A stretch of DNA of 64,000 nt from the NCBI GenBank assembly GCA_951406725.2, contig OX597831.1:78306001-78370000 (forward strand), in the 5' to 3' direction. Below, one piece after another: positions 1 to 13,651 of the stretch. The notes beneath the pieces were generated by a model that worked only from the letters and a program-made list of their open reading frames with translations, was not told the origin of the DNA and searched no databases. This DNA comes from Octopus vulgaris. Taxonomy: Eukaryota. A program made the translations under genes and the position numbers. Every line of letters starts with the position of its first letter. Position 1 is the first letter of the stretch.

Positions 1-278
1 AGATAGACAGATAATGTGTGTGTATGTATATATATATGTATATACAGACACACACGCACGCAAGCACACGCATACACACACACACATATATATATGTACA
101 TATATCTATATGCATCCGTGAATTTATACGTACATACACAAATATGCACTCAAACAAATGCACAAACACATATACGAACGAGTGAGAGGGTATATATATA
201 GATGTGTATGTGTGTTTGTCTATGAACTCATACCGAAACTTTTATATCTATGTCTATATATATGTTTATGTGAATATA

Positions 279-382
<104 letters not shown>

Positions 383-571
383 ACATATATACACGTGGTC
401 GTATGTATATACTGATATATGTACGTGTAAATATGTGTGTGTATATGTGCGTATGTGTAAATACTATTTGACATTCAAATGTTTCTATGTAAATTTATGA
501 TTGTGCATGATTATATATCTGAGTATATAAATATGTATATATGTATATATGTATGTATGTATATCTACATT

Positions 572-602
<31 letters not shown>

Positions 603-685
603 TTGAATATATATATACACACACACATATACATATATCTATATATATATGTATATATACATATGTATATATATATATCTATATA

Positions 686-729
<44 letters not shown>

Positions 730-1059
730 CATATTTGTGTACATATAGTAGGGCTGTATGTCGTTGGTTGGTTACCGTGAAAGGAAATGATTTGACAATT
801 TCTTTTGTCCGCCATTTTAAACCCTACACAATCATATCAGATGTTGATAATTCTTTATGTTGTTTTTAATGTGGTTCGCGCTATTGATTTGTCTATAAAT
901 CATTATCATTGTCGTCATCGTCATCAGCGTCATTGTGGTCGTCGTCATCATCATGTTCGTAATCCTCATCACCTTCCCCGTCTGTCGTTTTCATCGTCAT
1001 CGTTATCATCATCGGCGTCGTCTTTGCATTCGCCGTCGTCGTCGTCGTCATAGTAGTAC

Positions 1060-1091
<32 letters not shown>

Positions 1092-1348
1092 TCAGTAGCG
1101 GCACCACCACTAGCACCTCCAGCAGCAGTGCCACCAGCAGTCGTACCAGCAGAAGCAGTAGTAGCAGTAGTAGTAGTAGCAACAGTAGCAGCAGCAGCAG
1201 TAGTAGTAGTAATAGTAATCGTTGGCGTGTTCTCACTCCTCCTCATCATCATCGTTATCGAAATCATCATCATCATCATCATCTACATCACCTTTATCAT
1301 CGCTGTTGTCGTTGTCAACGTCATCATCATCATTATCATCATCATCAC

Positions 1349-1427
<79 letters not shown>

Positions 1428-1819
1428 ATGTATGTATGTATGTATGTATGTATGTATGTATGTATGTATGTATGTATGTATATTCATATTTAACAGAACA
1501 GTTGAATTTCCTCATAAGTCCTTTAGTTATGACGTCTTACGCATGCTCCTTCTTTCACAACAATCTCCAGCTGTTAGACACCAGGTTTTATCTGTAGATG
1601 CATAACAATGAGAATACATATCAATGGCCCTGTTTCGTAATGCAGCCATAATATATACAAGTATAATATATTAGGGGTCGCCTAACGAAACCCCTCGTCC
1701 CTGCAAGTTATTAATGGGTTTGATGTTCGAAACGCTGGGTATATTTTCTGCAAATGAAATAGCAGAATATTTTTATGTGTACATTATTTATATTATTTAC
1801 ATTGGACAGATTTATGAAT

Positions 1820-2122
1820 TGCATTCCTTCGTAACACAGTGTAGGTAAAACAATATGCACCAGAGTCTTTATTCATCTGTTAAGTTACAACAAAGACCTC
1901 AGACAGATAATACTTTCCTTAAGATGTGTTCTGTCCCCAATAAGGCTGCTTTTTGCATAACATCAATCTTGCATGGGATTTCCAGTGGCCTTAAGAAGTC
2001 TTGAAGTTTCAATGGGATTGAACCCAACACTCCGATCACCACTGCTATCACTTTTACATTACCTTCTCACGTTCCATATAGTCTTGCCATTTCGACTTTC
2101 AATTCGGAGCACTTGGGGATTT
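1820..2122 (-). mobile_element. R4/Dong-type non-LTR retrotransposon 3' fragment (RLE C-terminus), degenerate
   Basis: Minus-strand translation KIPKCSELKVEMARLYGT*...VIAVVIGVLGSIP...MQKAALLGTEHILRKVLSV* (stop 1899-1901) parallels the C-terminus at 3600-3768; abuts a (TTA)n tract at 2122-2275. Confidence 0.75.
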
Positions 2123-2208
2123 TATTATTATTATTATTATTATCATCATCATCATCATCATAATCATTATTGTTATTATTATTATTATTATTATTGTTGT
2201 GGTTGTTG

Positions 2209-2249
<41 letters not shown>

Positions 2250-2278
2250 ATTATTATTATTACTATCATTATTATTTG

Positions 2279-2350
2279 TTCAAGGCCCTACCTGGAATTG
2301 AATTCGCAATCCTGGGGTTAGTAGCCCGCGCTTTTAACCATTACGCTATA
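2279..2350 (-). mobile_element. short tRNA-derived element (SINE head) running into (TAA)n
   Basis: Reverse complement tatagcgtaatggttaaaagcgcgggctactaaccccaggattgcgaattcaattcc has A-box and B-box-like motifs and an anticodon-like arm. Confidence 0.5.
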
Positions 2351-2786
2351 TGAACAGTACCATTGTGTGTGTGAATCTGTGCGTGGGTGTTATCTAAGGA
2401 ATATACGCTTAGGTGCATTATACCTGACAGCAACAAACGGAAAGATCACACAACCGAAACTCAGAGCGAAACAAGAAACAATGGCAACAACAATAACAAC
2501 AATAACAACACTAGATAGGAAAAAGACTCCCGAAGTTTAGCTGCACTGACTTTTCTTTCCGACATTATAAAAACAACGGCCGTTTTGTGAACTCAGAACA
2601 TAGTGAACAGCTGACACCGTTGTACGTCCCCAGCATTAGAAGCTGTGCAAAGGTAATTATGATAATTATGATAATAAGGATGATAATGATCATCAGCATA
2701 AAACAAACGGACTTTTTTCCTTGGTACGAAAATGCTGTAAGGCAGGCGAGATAAATGAACCTAAAGACAGGCGGAATACCTATTTC

Positions 2787-3018
2787 TATTTCTTTACTAC
2801 CCACAAGGGGCTAAACACAGAGAGGATAAACAAGGACAAACAAACGGATTAAGTTGATTATATCGACCCCAGTGCGTAACTGGTACTTATTTAATCGATC
2901 GCGAAAGGATGAAAGGCGAAGTCGACCTCGGCGGAATTTGAACTCAGAACGTAACGGCAGACGAAATACCGCTAAGCATTTTGCGCAGCGTGCTAACGTT
3001 TCTGCCAGCTCACCGCCT
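2787..3018 (-). mobile_element. tRNA-derived SINE, family A
   Basis: Head GGCGGTGAGCTGGCAGAAACGTTAGC...GAGTTCAAATTCC, body GTCGACTTxGCCTTTCATCCTTTCG, tail GGGTAGTAAAGAAATA; more than 10 related copies in the window. Confidence 0.85.
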
Positions 3019-3047
3019 TGAAAATAATAATAATAATAATAATAATG

Positions 3048-3120
<73 letters not shown>

Positions 3121-3957
3121 GGGTTTATCATAGCAGCTCAAGATCAATGCCTACCAACAAGGAACAACCAGGCCAACCTATTAAAGAACGGCAGTAGCCC
3201 AACATGTGTATCTCAACAACAAAATGAACCAATTGATCATGTTGTCTCCAAGTGCAGTCTTCTAGCGCCTACAGAGTATCTCAACAGGCATGATAGAGCT
3301 GCACAATATATTCACTGAGTAATTTGCAAAAACCTGGATTTGCCCCATGAAAAAGACTGGTGGGAACACAAACCACCTCCAGTGCTTGAAAATGACCACA
3401 TCTCACTCCTCTGGAACTTCACCATTCAAACTGACAGAACGATAGATGCAAATAGGCCAGACATCATATTGAAAGACTCCAGACAAAAAACATGCCTCCT
3501 CATTGATATGACTGTCCCAATCGATATAAACGTATCTGTCAAGACCTACCAAAACTGAGCAAATATAAAGATCTTGAAATATAAATCAGCAAAATGTGGA
3601 ACCTGAAGACTAAAACAATACCTGTTGTTATAGGTGCCCTGGGAATGATAGCAAAAGGGGCTGATTGCTACCTAACTCAAATACCAGGAAAGCCAAAAAT
3701 GGCAGAAATTCAAAAGATAGTGCTCATGGGAACTGCTCATATCCTACGCAAAATACTTTCTATGTAATCTCAAGGTTTAAAACAAACATAATTTTCGGGT
3801 CTTTTTTTTTTAGACATTCACTAGTACAACACCAAAAAAAAAAATACATATGGCACACTAGGCATAACAACATGAACTTCCAAACTGTTGTCTATTGAGG
3901 TCTCTGGGAGAGACTTAGAGCCAACTTGTATAAATATAAAGCAAAAGTCAAACATAG
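3121..3957 (+). mobile_element. R4/Dong-type non-LTR retrotransposon 3' fragment (zinc-knuckle end, RLE endonuclease, 3'UTR)
   Basis: HVVSKC...YLNRHD...LLWNFTIQTDRTIDANRPDIILKD...CLLIDMTVP...KYKDL...IPVVIGALG...QKIVLMGTAHILRK (RHD and PD-D..K motifs), with stops and a frameshift; (TAA)n on both sides. Confidence 0.9.
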
Positions 3958-3973
3958 AATAATAATAATAATG

Positions 3974-4042
<69 letters not shown>

Positions 4043-4583
4043 TTAATGATAATAATAATGATAATAATAATAATAAAAATAATAAAAATAATAATAATAA
4101 TAATAATAATCCTTTCTGCTAATTGCACAAGGCCTGAAATTTTGTGGGAGGAGGCCATTCGACACCAGTACGCAACTGGTACTTAATTTATCGACCCGGA
4201 AAGGATGAAAGGCAAAGTCGACCTCGGCGGAATTTGAACTCAAAACGTAAAGACAGACGAAATACTAGCTCGCCGCCTTAGTTATTTGATATTCTACTCA
4301 ACATATGTCCGAATCACACATTTATTGCAGTGGTCCTTCGGCTTTTCTAAGCCCTGTAAAATTAATCGGAAGGTTGAGCCTCCAACAAGGCCTTTCGCAA
4401 TATCCTTAAATTCAGCAACTGTATATGAAGCTATATAAGAAGACGGAAGCGAATTGACCCCTGTTGTCAAGTGAAGAGGCCCACACAGACAAAATGTCAC
4501 ACAAACGCACACATATATGTGTGTATACACACACACACAATACATACCTACCTACCTACTTACATACATGCATACAAATACAC

Positions 4584-4632
<49 letters not shown>

Positions 4633-4714
4633 GGTCCCGGGTTGAGTCGGGGTTAACCACAGTAAATAAGATACTCAATACATAGCAGAGTAAATTAATT
4701 TATTTTATAGAAGG

Positions 4715-4765
4715 AGCTTCTACAGGACTAGAACTGTTTCATTCAAATGAAATCATCAGGAAGCT
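4715..4765 (-). ncRNA. type I hammerhead ribozyme motif
   Basis: AGCTTC CTGATGA t-TTCA-tt-TGAA-t GAAACAG ttctagtc CTGTA GAAGCT: 6-bp stem I, intact core, 4-bp stem III, GUA site. Confidence 0.75.
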
Positions 4766-4944
4766 ATATATATATAAATTAGAAAAAAATACCTTTTATC
4801 AATTCAAAATGAAAAATTAAATTACACCATCTAGAAAATTACATATAATAGAAATATCAAATATAAGATAAAAATATACCGATGATTAAGTAATGTGCAA
4901 ATAATAAATAAAGCGTATATATTTGGTATTATTATTATTATTAT

Positions 4945-5030
<86 letters not shown>

Positions 5031-5620
5031 AGTGTACATTTGAACACAACATTTAAACACATTAGAGTCGACCAGTTGTTTGGATTTTGGCTACTCCTTC
5101 TAGCATGCTAGGTGTCCTATGATGGTCATCTCTTATGTGTTTAAATGTACACTGTATTTATACGAATAATATATCGTCTATTGACTAGTTTTCTACATGC
5201 TAGGCCACTGGTAGTAAAAAGAAAAATCTAAAATTATTTCCTTACTCTGATAAATATATATATAGTTAATCCAAACATGAAAACACAAAGAGAAAACACA
5301 ACAATGCGAGGACGTGGAACAAATATAGTATTATACATATATATATATATATGTATGTATGTATATGTGTGTATCTATTTATGTATATGTATATGTATGT
5401 ATGTATGTATGCATGTATGTATGTATGTATGTATGTATGTATATATATATAAGGGTAGAAATTAATATTATTAACTAAATGCTATGTTTATTAGTTTGTG
5501 ATTGTCTTGCTCGTAAACATCTAACAGCTTGCTAATTTGGGAACGTATTTTTCGCCGTAGGAAGGTTAGACGTCAATCTTTAGCATACAAGGGACCCTCT
5601 TGGTGGTCTCTCCTCTAATT

Positions 5621-5672
<52 letters not shown>

Positions 5673-6022
5673 CATATATATATATATATATACATATATA
5701 CATACAAATATGTATACATACATATATATATATATACATATATACATACATACATACATGCATACATATATATATGTATATAAATGTGTAAGTATAGATA
5801 TATAATATATATTATATGTATATATATATATGCGTGTGTATGTGTGTGTATTCATATGTAAGTACACATGTATTAGCATATAAATAAATATTTCTATTGT
5901 GTCTGTTGGGTATGTGTGTAAGCGCATATATATATATGTGTGTATGCATATATATATATATATATATGTATGTATATATATGTGTGTGTGTATGTATATA
6001 TATATATGTATATATATGTGTG

Positions 6023-6086
<64 letters not shown>

Positions 6087-6140
6087 TATATATATACATA
6101 CATATATATATATATACATATATGTATATATGAATATATA

Positions 6141-6185
<45 letters not shown>

Positions 6186-6546
6186 AAGCATTTTCTCGTA
6201 TTGATTGGAACCATTCATAAATCACGAACCGATAAAAGGTCATACTTCCTGTTCAGATCGCACCACCACCACCACCACCACCTTCAAAACCACCACCACC
6301 CCCTCCACCGCAACCACCACCTCCATCGCCGCCGCCGCTGCCACCGCCAGCACCTCCTTCCCCACCTTCACAATGGTATGTATGAATTAACTTATTCAGT
6401 TTGCACGTCATTTGAAACTTAAGCCAAAAACTCACCACGGCTGATAACACGATCACAACCGTCGTGATGATCATCACCATCATCATCGTCATCGTCATCA
6501 TCGTCATCATCGTCATCGTCATCATCATCATCATCATCGTCATCAG

Positions 6547-6582
<36 letters not shown>

Positions 6583-7598
6583 CATCATCGTCATCATCGT
6601 CATCATCATCATCATCATCATTATCATCATTATCATCATCATCATCATCATCATTATCACAGGCAAAAACCTATACCAACAACAAATGTAGCAACCTCGA
6701 CAGCCATGTTTACCACCACTAATACCACCACCACTACAACAATAACAACAAAACAGTTACAGCTGGAGCAGTAGCAGCAGTAGCCGCGGTAGGAGTAGCT
6801 GTAGCAGCAGGAGCAGCAGCAACAGCTGCTGTAATAGAAACAACAACAACAACAATAGCAGAAACAACAGTAACAAAATCGATGTATTCTTACTGTAGAC
6901 GTGAAAATAAGAAATAAAAATAGAAAAAATATGGCTGCCTTATGTTTCCGGCACCAAATTGAAAGAAAGCATTTCATTCATAAACTTCAATTTATTTCTA
7001 ATGATATGCGATCTGTTGTGTATACAGACTTTACTGGGATCCGTTGTATAGTCAGTTGTGAGGCCTGTGGTTTGGTCTATTGTATCTATTGTGTCTGTTG
7101 TATAGCGTTTTGCGATATGTTAAATAACCTTTCTCGAAGCCTGTTGTATAATTTCCTTGATTTGTCTTTACTGAAATCTGTTGTCTTTTAATTGTTTCAG
7201 TCACTAGGCTGCGGCCATGCTGCAGTAATGCCTTGAAGAATTTTTAGCCGAATGAATCGATCCCAGGATTTCTTTACTTTTTTCTGTTTTTTATTTTTTC
7301 TTTTTTTGGCAAACCTCGTACTTCTGCCGAATTACTGAGTTACGGGACGGAAACATAACAGCAGCGGTTGGCAAGCGGTGGTAGGGTGTGCAAACACAGG
7401 CACAAAGACTCTCACATATAAACACACACACACACACACACATTAGATAAATCGTACGGTATATACCTGCTAGCTTACTTCCTCTCCTTCCTCTTTTCCC
7501 CCTCTTTCTCCCCTTCCTCATCTTACTCCCACTCCTTTATTATCTCCTCCTCCCCTCCTTATTCTCATCTTCATCCTCTTCTTCATCTTCATAGTTTC

Positions 7599-7630
<32 letters not shown>

Positions 7631-7659
7631 GTGGTTGCAGCTGCTGCTGTTGCTGTTGC

Positions 7660-8029
7660 TGTTGAGCGAACGGTCTTCGTCCCAGAGCTCGTAAGATGGG
7701 AGAAGTCCGAAACGTGGTCCTTTGCTATTCGTAAGACCGGCAGAAGAGAAAGCAGGTCAACCCCCGACACCGAGAGCATCGACGGATGGATGAATGCGTA
7801 TCCAGGCTCAGCGGTTGCTTAGGAAGTCGGGAACAAGAAACAGGAAGATAGAGTGAGAGAAAGTTGGGGCGAAAGAGTACAACAGGGGTCGCCACCATCC
7901 CCTGCCGGAGCCTCGTGGAGCTTTAGGTGTTTTCGCTCAATAAACACACACAACAACCGGTCTGGGAATCGAAACCGCGATCCTCCGATTGCGAGTCCAC
8001 TGATCAACCACTGGGCCATTGCGCCTCCG
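7660..8029 (-). mobile_element. tRNA-derived SINE, family C
   Basis: Head GGAGGCGCAATGGCCCAGTGG...GGTTTCGATTCCC; homologous partial copy at 33075-33268. Confidence 0.75.
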
Positions 8030-8950
8030 CAGCTGCTACCACCACCACCATCACCACCACTGCCATAAAGAAATGTGCAGCAATACCATTTATCTTACCC
8101 ACAGGTCATACATGTCTGGGTAAAGGGACCTGTTCAATAAAATCGATACCTAAAAATTGATTTCAGCTTAATTTTGCGAACCCCCACCCCACCTAATCAA
8201 AGAAAAAGTATGAAATTGCAAATCTAATCTCGACGGAATTTGATCCTGAAAACACAGCAAATGTTATTTAAATACCGCAATACATATTCCCCGACAAACT
8301 AAGGATTCCGACCATTCTTTGACTGCCTATACAATACGAAGACAACCAAGAAGAACTTAGAACTAAACAATAACAAGAGCGTCAATAACAATAAAATACC
8401 ATATTACGCTTCACGTTGGTGACACACGCAATTATTCTGATAAGCTATCATGTCGAGGCTGTGTCAAGTCAATTGTTCTGATAACCTCGAGAGGTTTATG
8501 TCGCTCTGGTGAAAGAAATCCGTGGTAGGTGATGAAACGGAAAGGGGTAGAGAGGAAGAAGGAAGGAGAGAGAGAGAGAGAGACAGAAAGACAAATACAC
8601 AGACACACAGACATAGAGAGAGGGGGGAGAGAGAGCGAGAAAGAGAGAGAGAGAAAGGGAAGTAATGGACGCTGTAATACAAGCCATCACGTCTTACACA
8701 CACCTTGATAAATATTTGGTTGATTACATCGTATAGATTACTGCCAAAATGTTTCCAAAACTTTCAGCGTTTGTGCGTGTGTGTGTGTTTAGTAAGAGCG
8801 TTTCTTAGATACAGTAACAGTTCTAATCTTGTATCATCAATTGTACTATAAAGCGTTCAGTAAAGGAGCTCAATAAAAGCGAAAAACTTTAACTTAGGGT
8901 GATAATATATATAGGCGCGCACACAAGCACATGCACACACACACACAGAC

Positions 8951-8997
<47 letters not shown>

Positions 8998-9247
8998 AAT
9001 TAAGGACTGAACACGAAAAGTGGACAGTCAACATGCTAGATATAGACGTCAAATCGTCATTCACCACAAAAGATTATGTTCTCAGATCTTAATTGATAAA
9101 TATCAATTTCTACCCTTAATTAATTTTATATATATATATGTATATATATAAGATATCTTCCTTTCCCCGAACGTCAAACTTGGTTGTTGTTCATACACTT
9201 GTCTTCGTCTTTGGTTATCCTATTATAAATTTGAACTATATATATAC

Positions 9248-9309
<62 letters not shown>

Positions 9310-9511
9310 AGTTCACTCAGGTGTAGAAATGAGTTGCGACGTCACAGGTGCCAATCTGTATCGGCCCCTTTGCCTTTCCTTTGGATAACATCGGTGGCGT
9401 CGAGAAAGGAGTCTGCCATAAACATCCTTGCCCGGACTTGTGCCTTGGTAGGTAACTTTGTAGCTGCAATCCCATGGTCATTCATGACCGAAGGAGGTCT
9501 CGATTCGATTC

Positions 9512-9590
<79 letters not shown>

Positions 9591-9926
9591 TTTGTGTGTT
9601 TGTGTGTGTGTGTGCATGCAACTGCCGATACAGCTTGGCACCTGTGACGTCTCAACTCATTGTCTAAAAGTTGATGAGTACCACCTATTGATCCCCCTCC
9701 ATTTTCTTATTGCTCTATAAATTAATGGTAAAATATCTCTTTACCTTCACCCATTTATTACACTCAGTAATGTAATTGCCATGCAATGAAAAAACACTTG
9801 TGTATAAATAATTGGGTTTTCTACCAACAGTATATTGGATAGATATTATCCCCTTAGTTGGTCGGATTTACAATCTCTAACTTTCTTGGAATATTATATA
9901 TAAATATATATATTTACATATACCTG

Positions 9927-10055
<129 letters not shown>

Positions 10056-10077
10056 GTATATATGTATGTATGTATAC

Positions 10078-10603
10078 TGGTAACATGTAACCCAGTACAA
10101 CCTGTTGCATGGTCGGGTCGTCGGCGACTAAACCGGCAACCCCACCAAGCTTGCTTGGTGAGGAGGATGTTTATTGGACACCCTGCGGGATGAAATTCAA
10201 AACCCCTCAAAGGGTGGAGAAACTCTTGGGAGTCAACGGCCATCCAATAAATGTCTTAAAGCTGTATCATGCGCGGGGACATAGAAATAATCGGACTGAA
10301 TACCCGATCGCGCGGTTAAACCATTAGGAGTGAAGGACTCCTAGCCTTTGTTTGGGCATCCTTCTAGGAGAAGGTAACTCAGTAACTGGGATAACTCCGA
10401 TATAAAACCTGCGGCTCAGCGGTTACCGATGATGTTGATTTGTTCTCTTTTCGGATTATGGCTGCTGTTACTTAGTGAGTGGGATTGACTCAGTGCACAG
10501 CCTTTCCTCACTTTAAAAAATATCTTCTTGCACAGGCATTGCACGATAACAACATTGATTAAGCTTCGTGCAATGGCCATACTCGATAACGAGGGGGCAG
10601 CCA

Positions 10604-10606
<3 letters not shown>
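10078..10606 (+). mobile_element. GC-richer repeat resembling an RTE-type LINE 5'UTR
   Basis: Contains GGGCATCCTTCTAGGAGAAGGTAACTC...ATAAAACC, which I associate with RTE-type 5'UTRs (from memory); lies between microsatellites and has no ORF support. Confidence 0.35.
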
Positions 10607-10648
<42 letters not shown>

Positions 10649-11022
10649 GTCCCTGCCGTAAGGCTTCACTTCCACACGCGCCAGCTTAATTTAATTCGTC
10701 CTTAGTCGAAAGACACCTGTTGTTAATATCCTGTTGTTTGCATTTGTATTTGTGTACCATTTCACAGTTTTTTCTGTCCTTGTTTACGTATACATTTGCT
10801 GCTTTCTTCCAAGGAATCTAGTGCTCTTAGCTTAGATGTTCCTTGGAGCAGTGTCAAGTATAACCAGCCAAAATTGTAAAGATAATCTGGAACTCGACTG
10901 ACGAAAGAAAACTGCGAATGACCCGTCCTTGTTTTTTCTTGTACCTTTTTGTATCATCTAACTACTTGTATGTCTTGCTGCCGCCTGTTGCGTTCTTGTC
11001 CTATTTTTTAAATTCTTTTCTA

Positions 11023-11088
<66 letters not shown>

Positions 11089-11133
11089 CCTATCTAGCTA
11101 TCTAGCTATCTATATATATATCTATCTAGCTAG

Positions 11134-11191
<58 letters not shown>

Positions 11192-11276
11192 TATATTATT
11201 ATTTAATTGTTTCAGTCATTTTACTGCGGCTTTGGTGGACCATCGCCATGAAGGATTTTAGTCGAACAAATGTTTT

Positions 11277-11801
11277 ATGTCAATTTATTTATTTACTAAA
11301 AGGACAATTATAATAATATTCATACATGTATAGCATATTATGCTTTACGTATATAATATATAAAATATAAAGATACCAGTAATTATTAAAATATATAACA
11401 TAGTGCGATAGAAATTGGGATAATATCTTACAGCTGTTTCAGCCAAGAGGCAAAAATACCCCATTCTACATTTATCCCTCCAGTAGACTGAAGTAATTAG
11501 TAGATGGAATTGAGGTACTTGGCTGTTTCTCTAGGCTTCGTCAGAGATTTTAGAGTGTACATGTCACTCCTCTTATAACTTTCTCATACCTCTGTTTATA
11601 TTTTATCTAATATGAATACCAATATGAATACTAATTACTTCAGTTCACTGGAGTGATAAAAAATGCTATTGCACTATGTTATATATTTTAATAATTAATG
11701 ATATTTTTATATTTTTACATATTATATACGTAAAGCATAATATGTTGTACATGTATGTATATTATTATAATTGTCCTTTTAGTAAATAAATAAATTGACA
11801 T
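11277..11801. repeat. fold-back element: ~135-bp imperfect inverted arms around a hammerhead-bearing spacer
   Basis: atgtcaatttatttatttactaaaaggacaattataataat... mirrors ...attattataattgtccttttagtaaataaataaattgacat. Confidence 0.85.
11425..11548 (-). ncRNA. type I hammerhead ribozyme motif with long stem II (duplicate at 20178-20301)
   Basis: ATCT CTGACGA AGCCtAGAG...CTCTtGGCT GAAAC AGCT GTA AGAT. Confidence 0.8.
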
Positions 11802-11908
11802 GATATAAAGTCTAAAAGTTGATGAGTAAAACCTATTGATCCCTCCATTTTCTTATTGCTCTCTCTCTCTCTCTCTTTCTCTCCTCTCTCTCCGTCTTTC
11901 TCTCTCTG

Positions 11909-11966
<58 letters not shown>

Positions 11967-12231
11967 TTGATAGATATATACGTTTATATATATACATATA
12001 TATATATACTCATTTATAATTATATGAAATAATTATATAAAATCCCAGAACGTTTATAATTATGAACAAGTCACAATTACAACTAAGAGGGTTTCAAAAC
12101 CCTTACATGTTAAAAATAGCAGCCAAAACTGCTATAAACCATTTTATCACTTATATTATTTCTCTTCACGATAAAAACTGTTTTTGGGTGATATGACAAA
12201 TAGAATTCACAATTTAAGAATAACCGGTTAA

Positions 12232-12293
12232 TTCCCTATTGCAATTTCGACGTTAGGGACCACTTAAGGGACCCATTCGTCTCGTCAGGGGAA
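12232..12293 (-). ncRNA. type I hammerhead ribozyme motif (duplicate at 20999-21060)
   Basis: TTCCC CTGACGA GACG...CGTC GAAAT TGCA ATA GGGAA; compensated U-A pair in stem III, AUA site. Confidence 0.85.
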
Positions 12294-12668
12294 ATATTCT
12301 TATAGACAGAAATCAAAACGAGTATTTTCCTTGTGGCTGACATGAATCCCGACCGGTAAGAGAAATGTTTCAACCTCTATCTACACATTCAAGTTTTGAA
12401 TTCAAATGCCATGCACAGTGTTCATGTGAAAAGACCGGTAAATTCGAGCCACGGCAAAATCACCGCATATGAGGTGGGGAAAATGAGACATTTAGAAAGT
12501 AATGTAATCAAAGGATATATTATAATTCATTAGAATTATTTATGAATACATCAATGGCCAAACCTGTTATCATAAAATACAAAGAAGAACGTTCGAAAAT
12601 TATGAACAAGTCACTCTAGATCGCTCACCACTAAATCTTCTATACTTTCTCTGTTTATTTCTGTATTC

Positions 12669-12704
12669 CTTTCTGACGAAGAGCGTAGGCTCGAAACGTA
12701 AAAG
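12669..12704 (+). ncRNA. minimal hammerhead motif in a PLE 3'-end repeat (12615-12797)
   Basis: CTTT CTGACGA a GAGC gtag GCTC GAAACGTA AAAG; related copies at 13455, 34667 and ~49353. Confidence 0.75.
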
Positions 12705-12793
12705 ACTTTGTTACTTCCCGAGCGTTAAACTAATATAACTGCTTGTTGTTTACACACCCGTCTTCGTCTTTTGCTTTTTTTTCGAAAATTCTC

Positions 12794-12842
<49 letters not shown>

Positions 12843-13271
12843 TTATCCTTTAATTACATTGTCCCCTTACCTTGTTTCTATCTTTAACGTTTTCTCTCTC
12901 TATTTTCTCATCTTATCTCCCTTTTCTTTCTTTCTCTCTATTTCCCCTCGAATTTCCCTCTTCTTTCTATCTATTTTCCTCTCCATGTTCTCCCTATTTT
13001 TTCTTCCCCTTTTACTTCCTCTTTCCTTCTATTTCCTTACAAGGAGAATGAACCCATTCAAATCTATTTAACATTCTCTCTATGTTGACTGGTGATACAG
13101 TATGGACAGATTTTCGATGATACCCTACATGCCTACTTGTTTGTGAGATCTTACAAATACACTTTCTCAGGGAGATATGATATACCTATTATTATGGATA
13201 ATACTACATGTACCTTTCATATTTTTCATATTTTTCAAAGTGTGATGTAACTCTTTGGAATAACAATGCAT

Positions 13272-13362
13272 GCGGCTGAAGAGAGCTTTAAATCATCTTT
13301 TATATCTATTATACACTGATGTAAGAACAGGTCGTTTATAAAGCTTGAAACACGTGTACCGC
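13272..13362 (+). ncRNA. type I hammerhead ribozyme motif (duplicate at 22039-22129)
   Basis: GCGG CTGAAGA GAGCTTTA...TAAAGCTT GAAAC ACGT GTA CCGC, in a cassette (12841-13397) bounded by (TA)n. Confidence 0.85.
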
Positions 13363-13409
13363 GACATCCTTTGTGTTCTGTTTTTGATTTTATTTGATAT
13401 ATATATATA

Positions 13410-13580
13410 GTTAGCCACTACACATTATTTTCTCTCCTTGTTTTTTCTGTGTCCCTTTCTGTAGAAGAGCGTAGGCTCGAAACGTAAAATACTTTTTATA
13501 TTCCTGAGCGTTATACTAATATATCTGTTTGTTTTGTACACCATCTGTCTTCGTCTTTTGTTTTTTTTTTCGTAAACTCT

Positions 13581-13583
<3 letters not shown>
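13410..13583 (+). mobile_element. PLE 3'-end repeat with variant hammerhead (core CTGTAGA)
   Basis: Homologous to 12615-12797 and 34598-34786; ends ctccc directly into (TA)n. Confidence 0.7.

Positions 13584-13648
<65 letters not shown>

Positions 13649-13651
<3 letters not shown>

Noticed and set aside
1678-1742. CTAACGA AAC...GTTC GAAAC GCT hammerhead-like string
   Set aside because: Core mutated, with no convincing stem I or cleavage triplet
10894-10930. CTGACGA...GCGAATGACCCGTC
   Set aside because: No GAAA and a weak stem II; may be a decayed member but is not supportable
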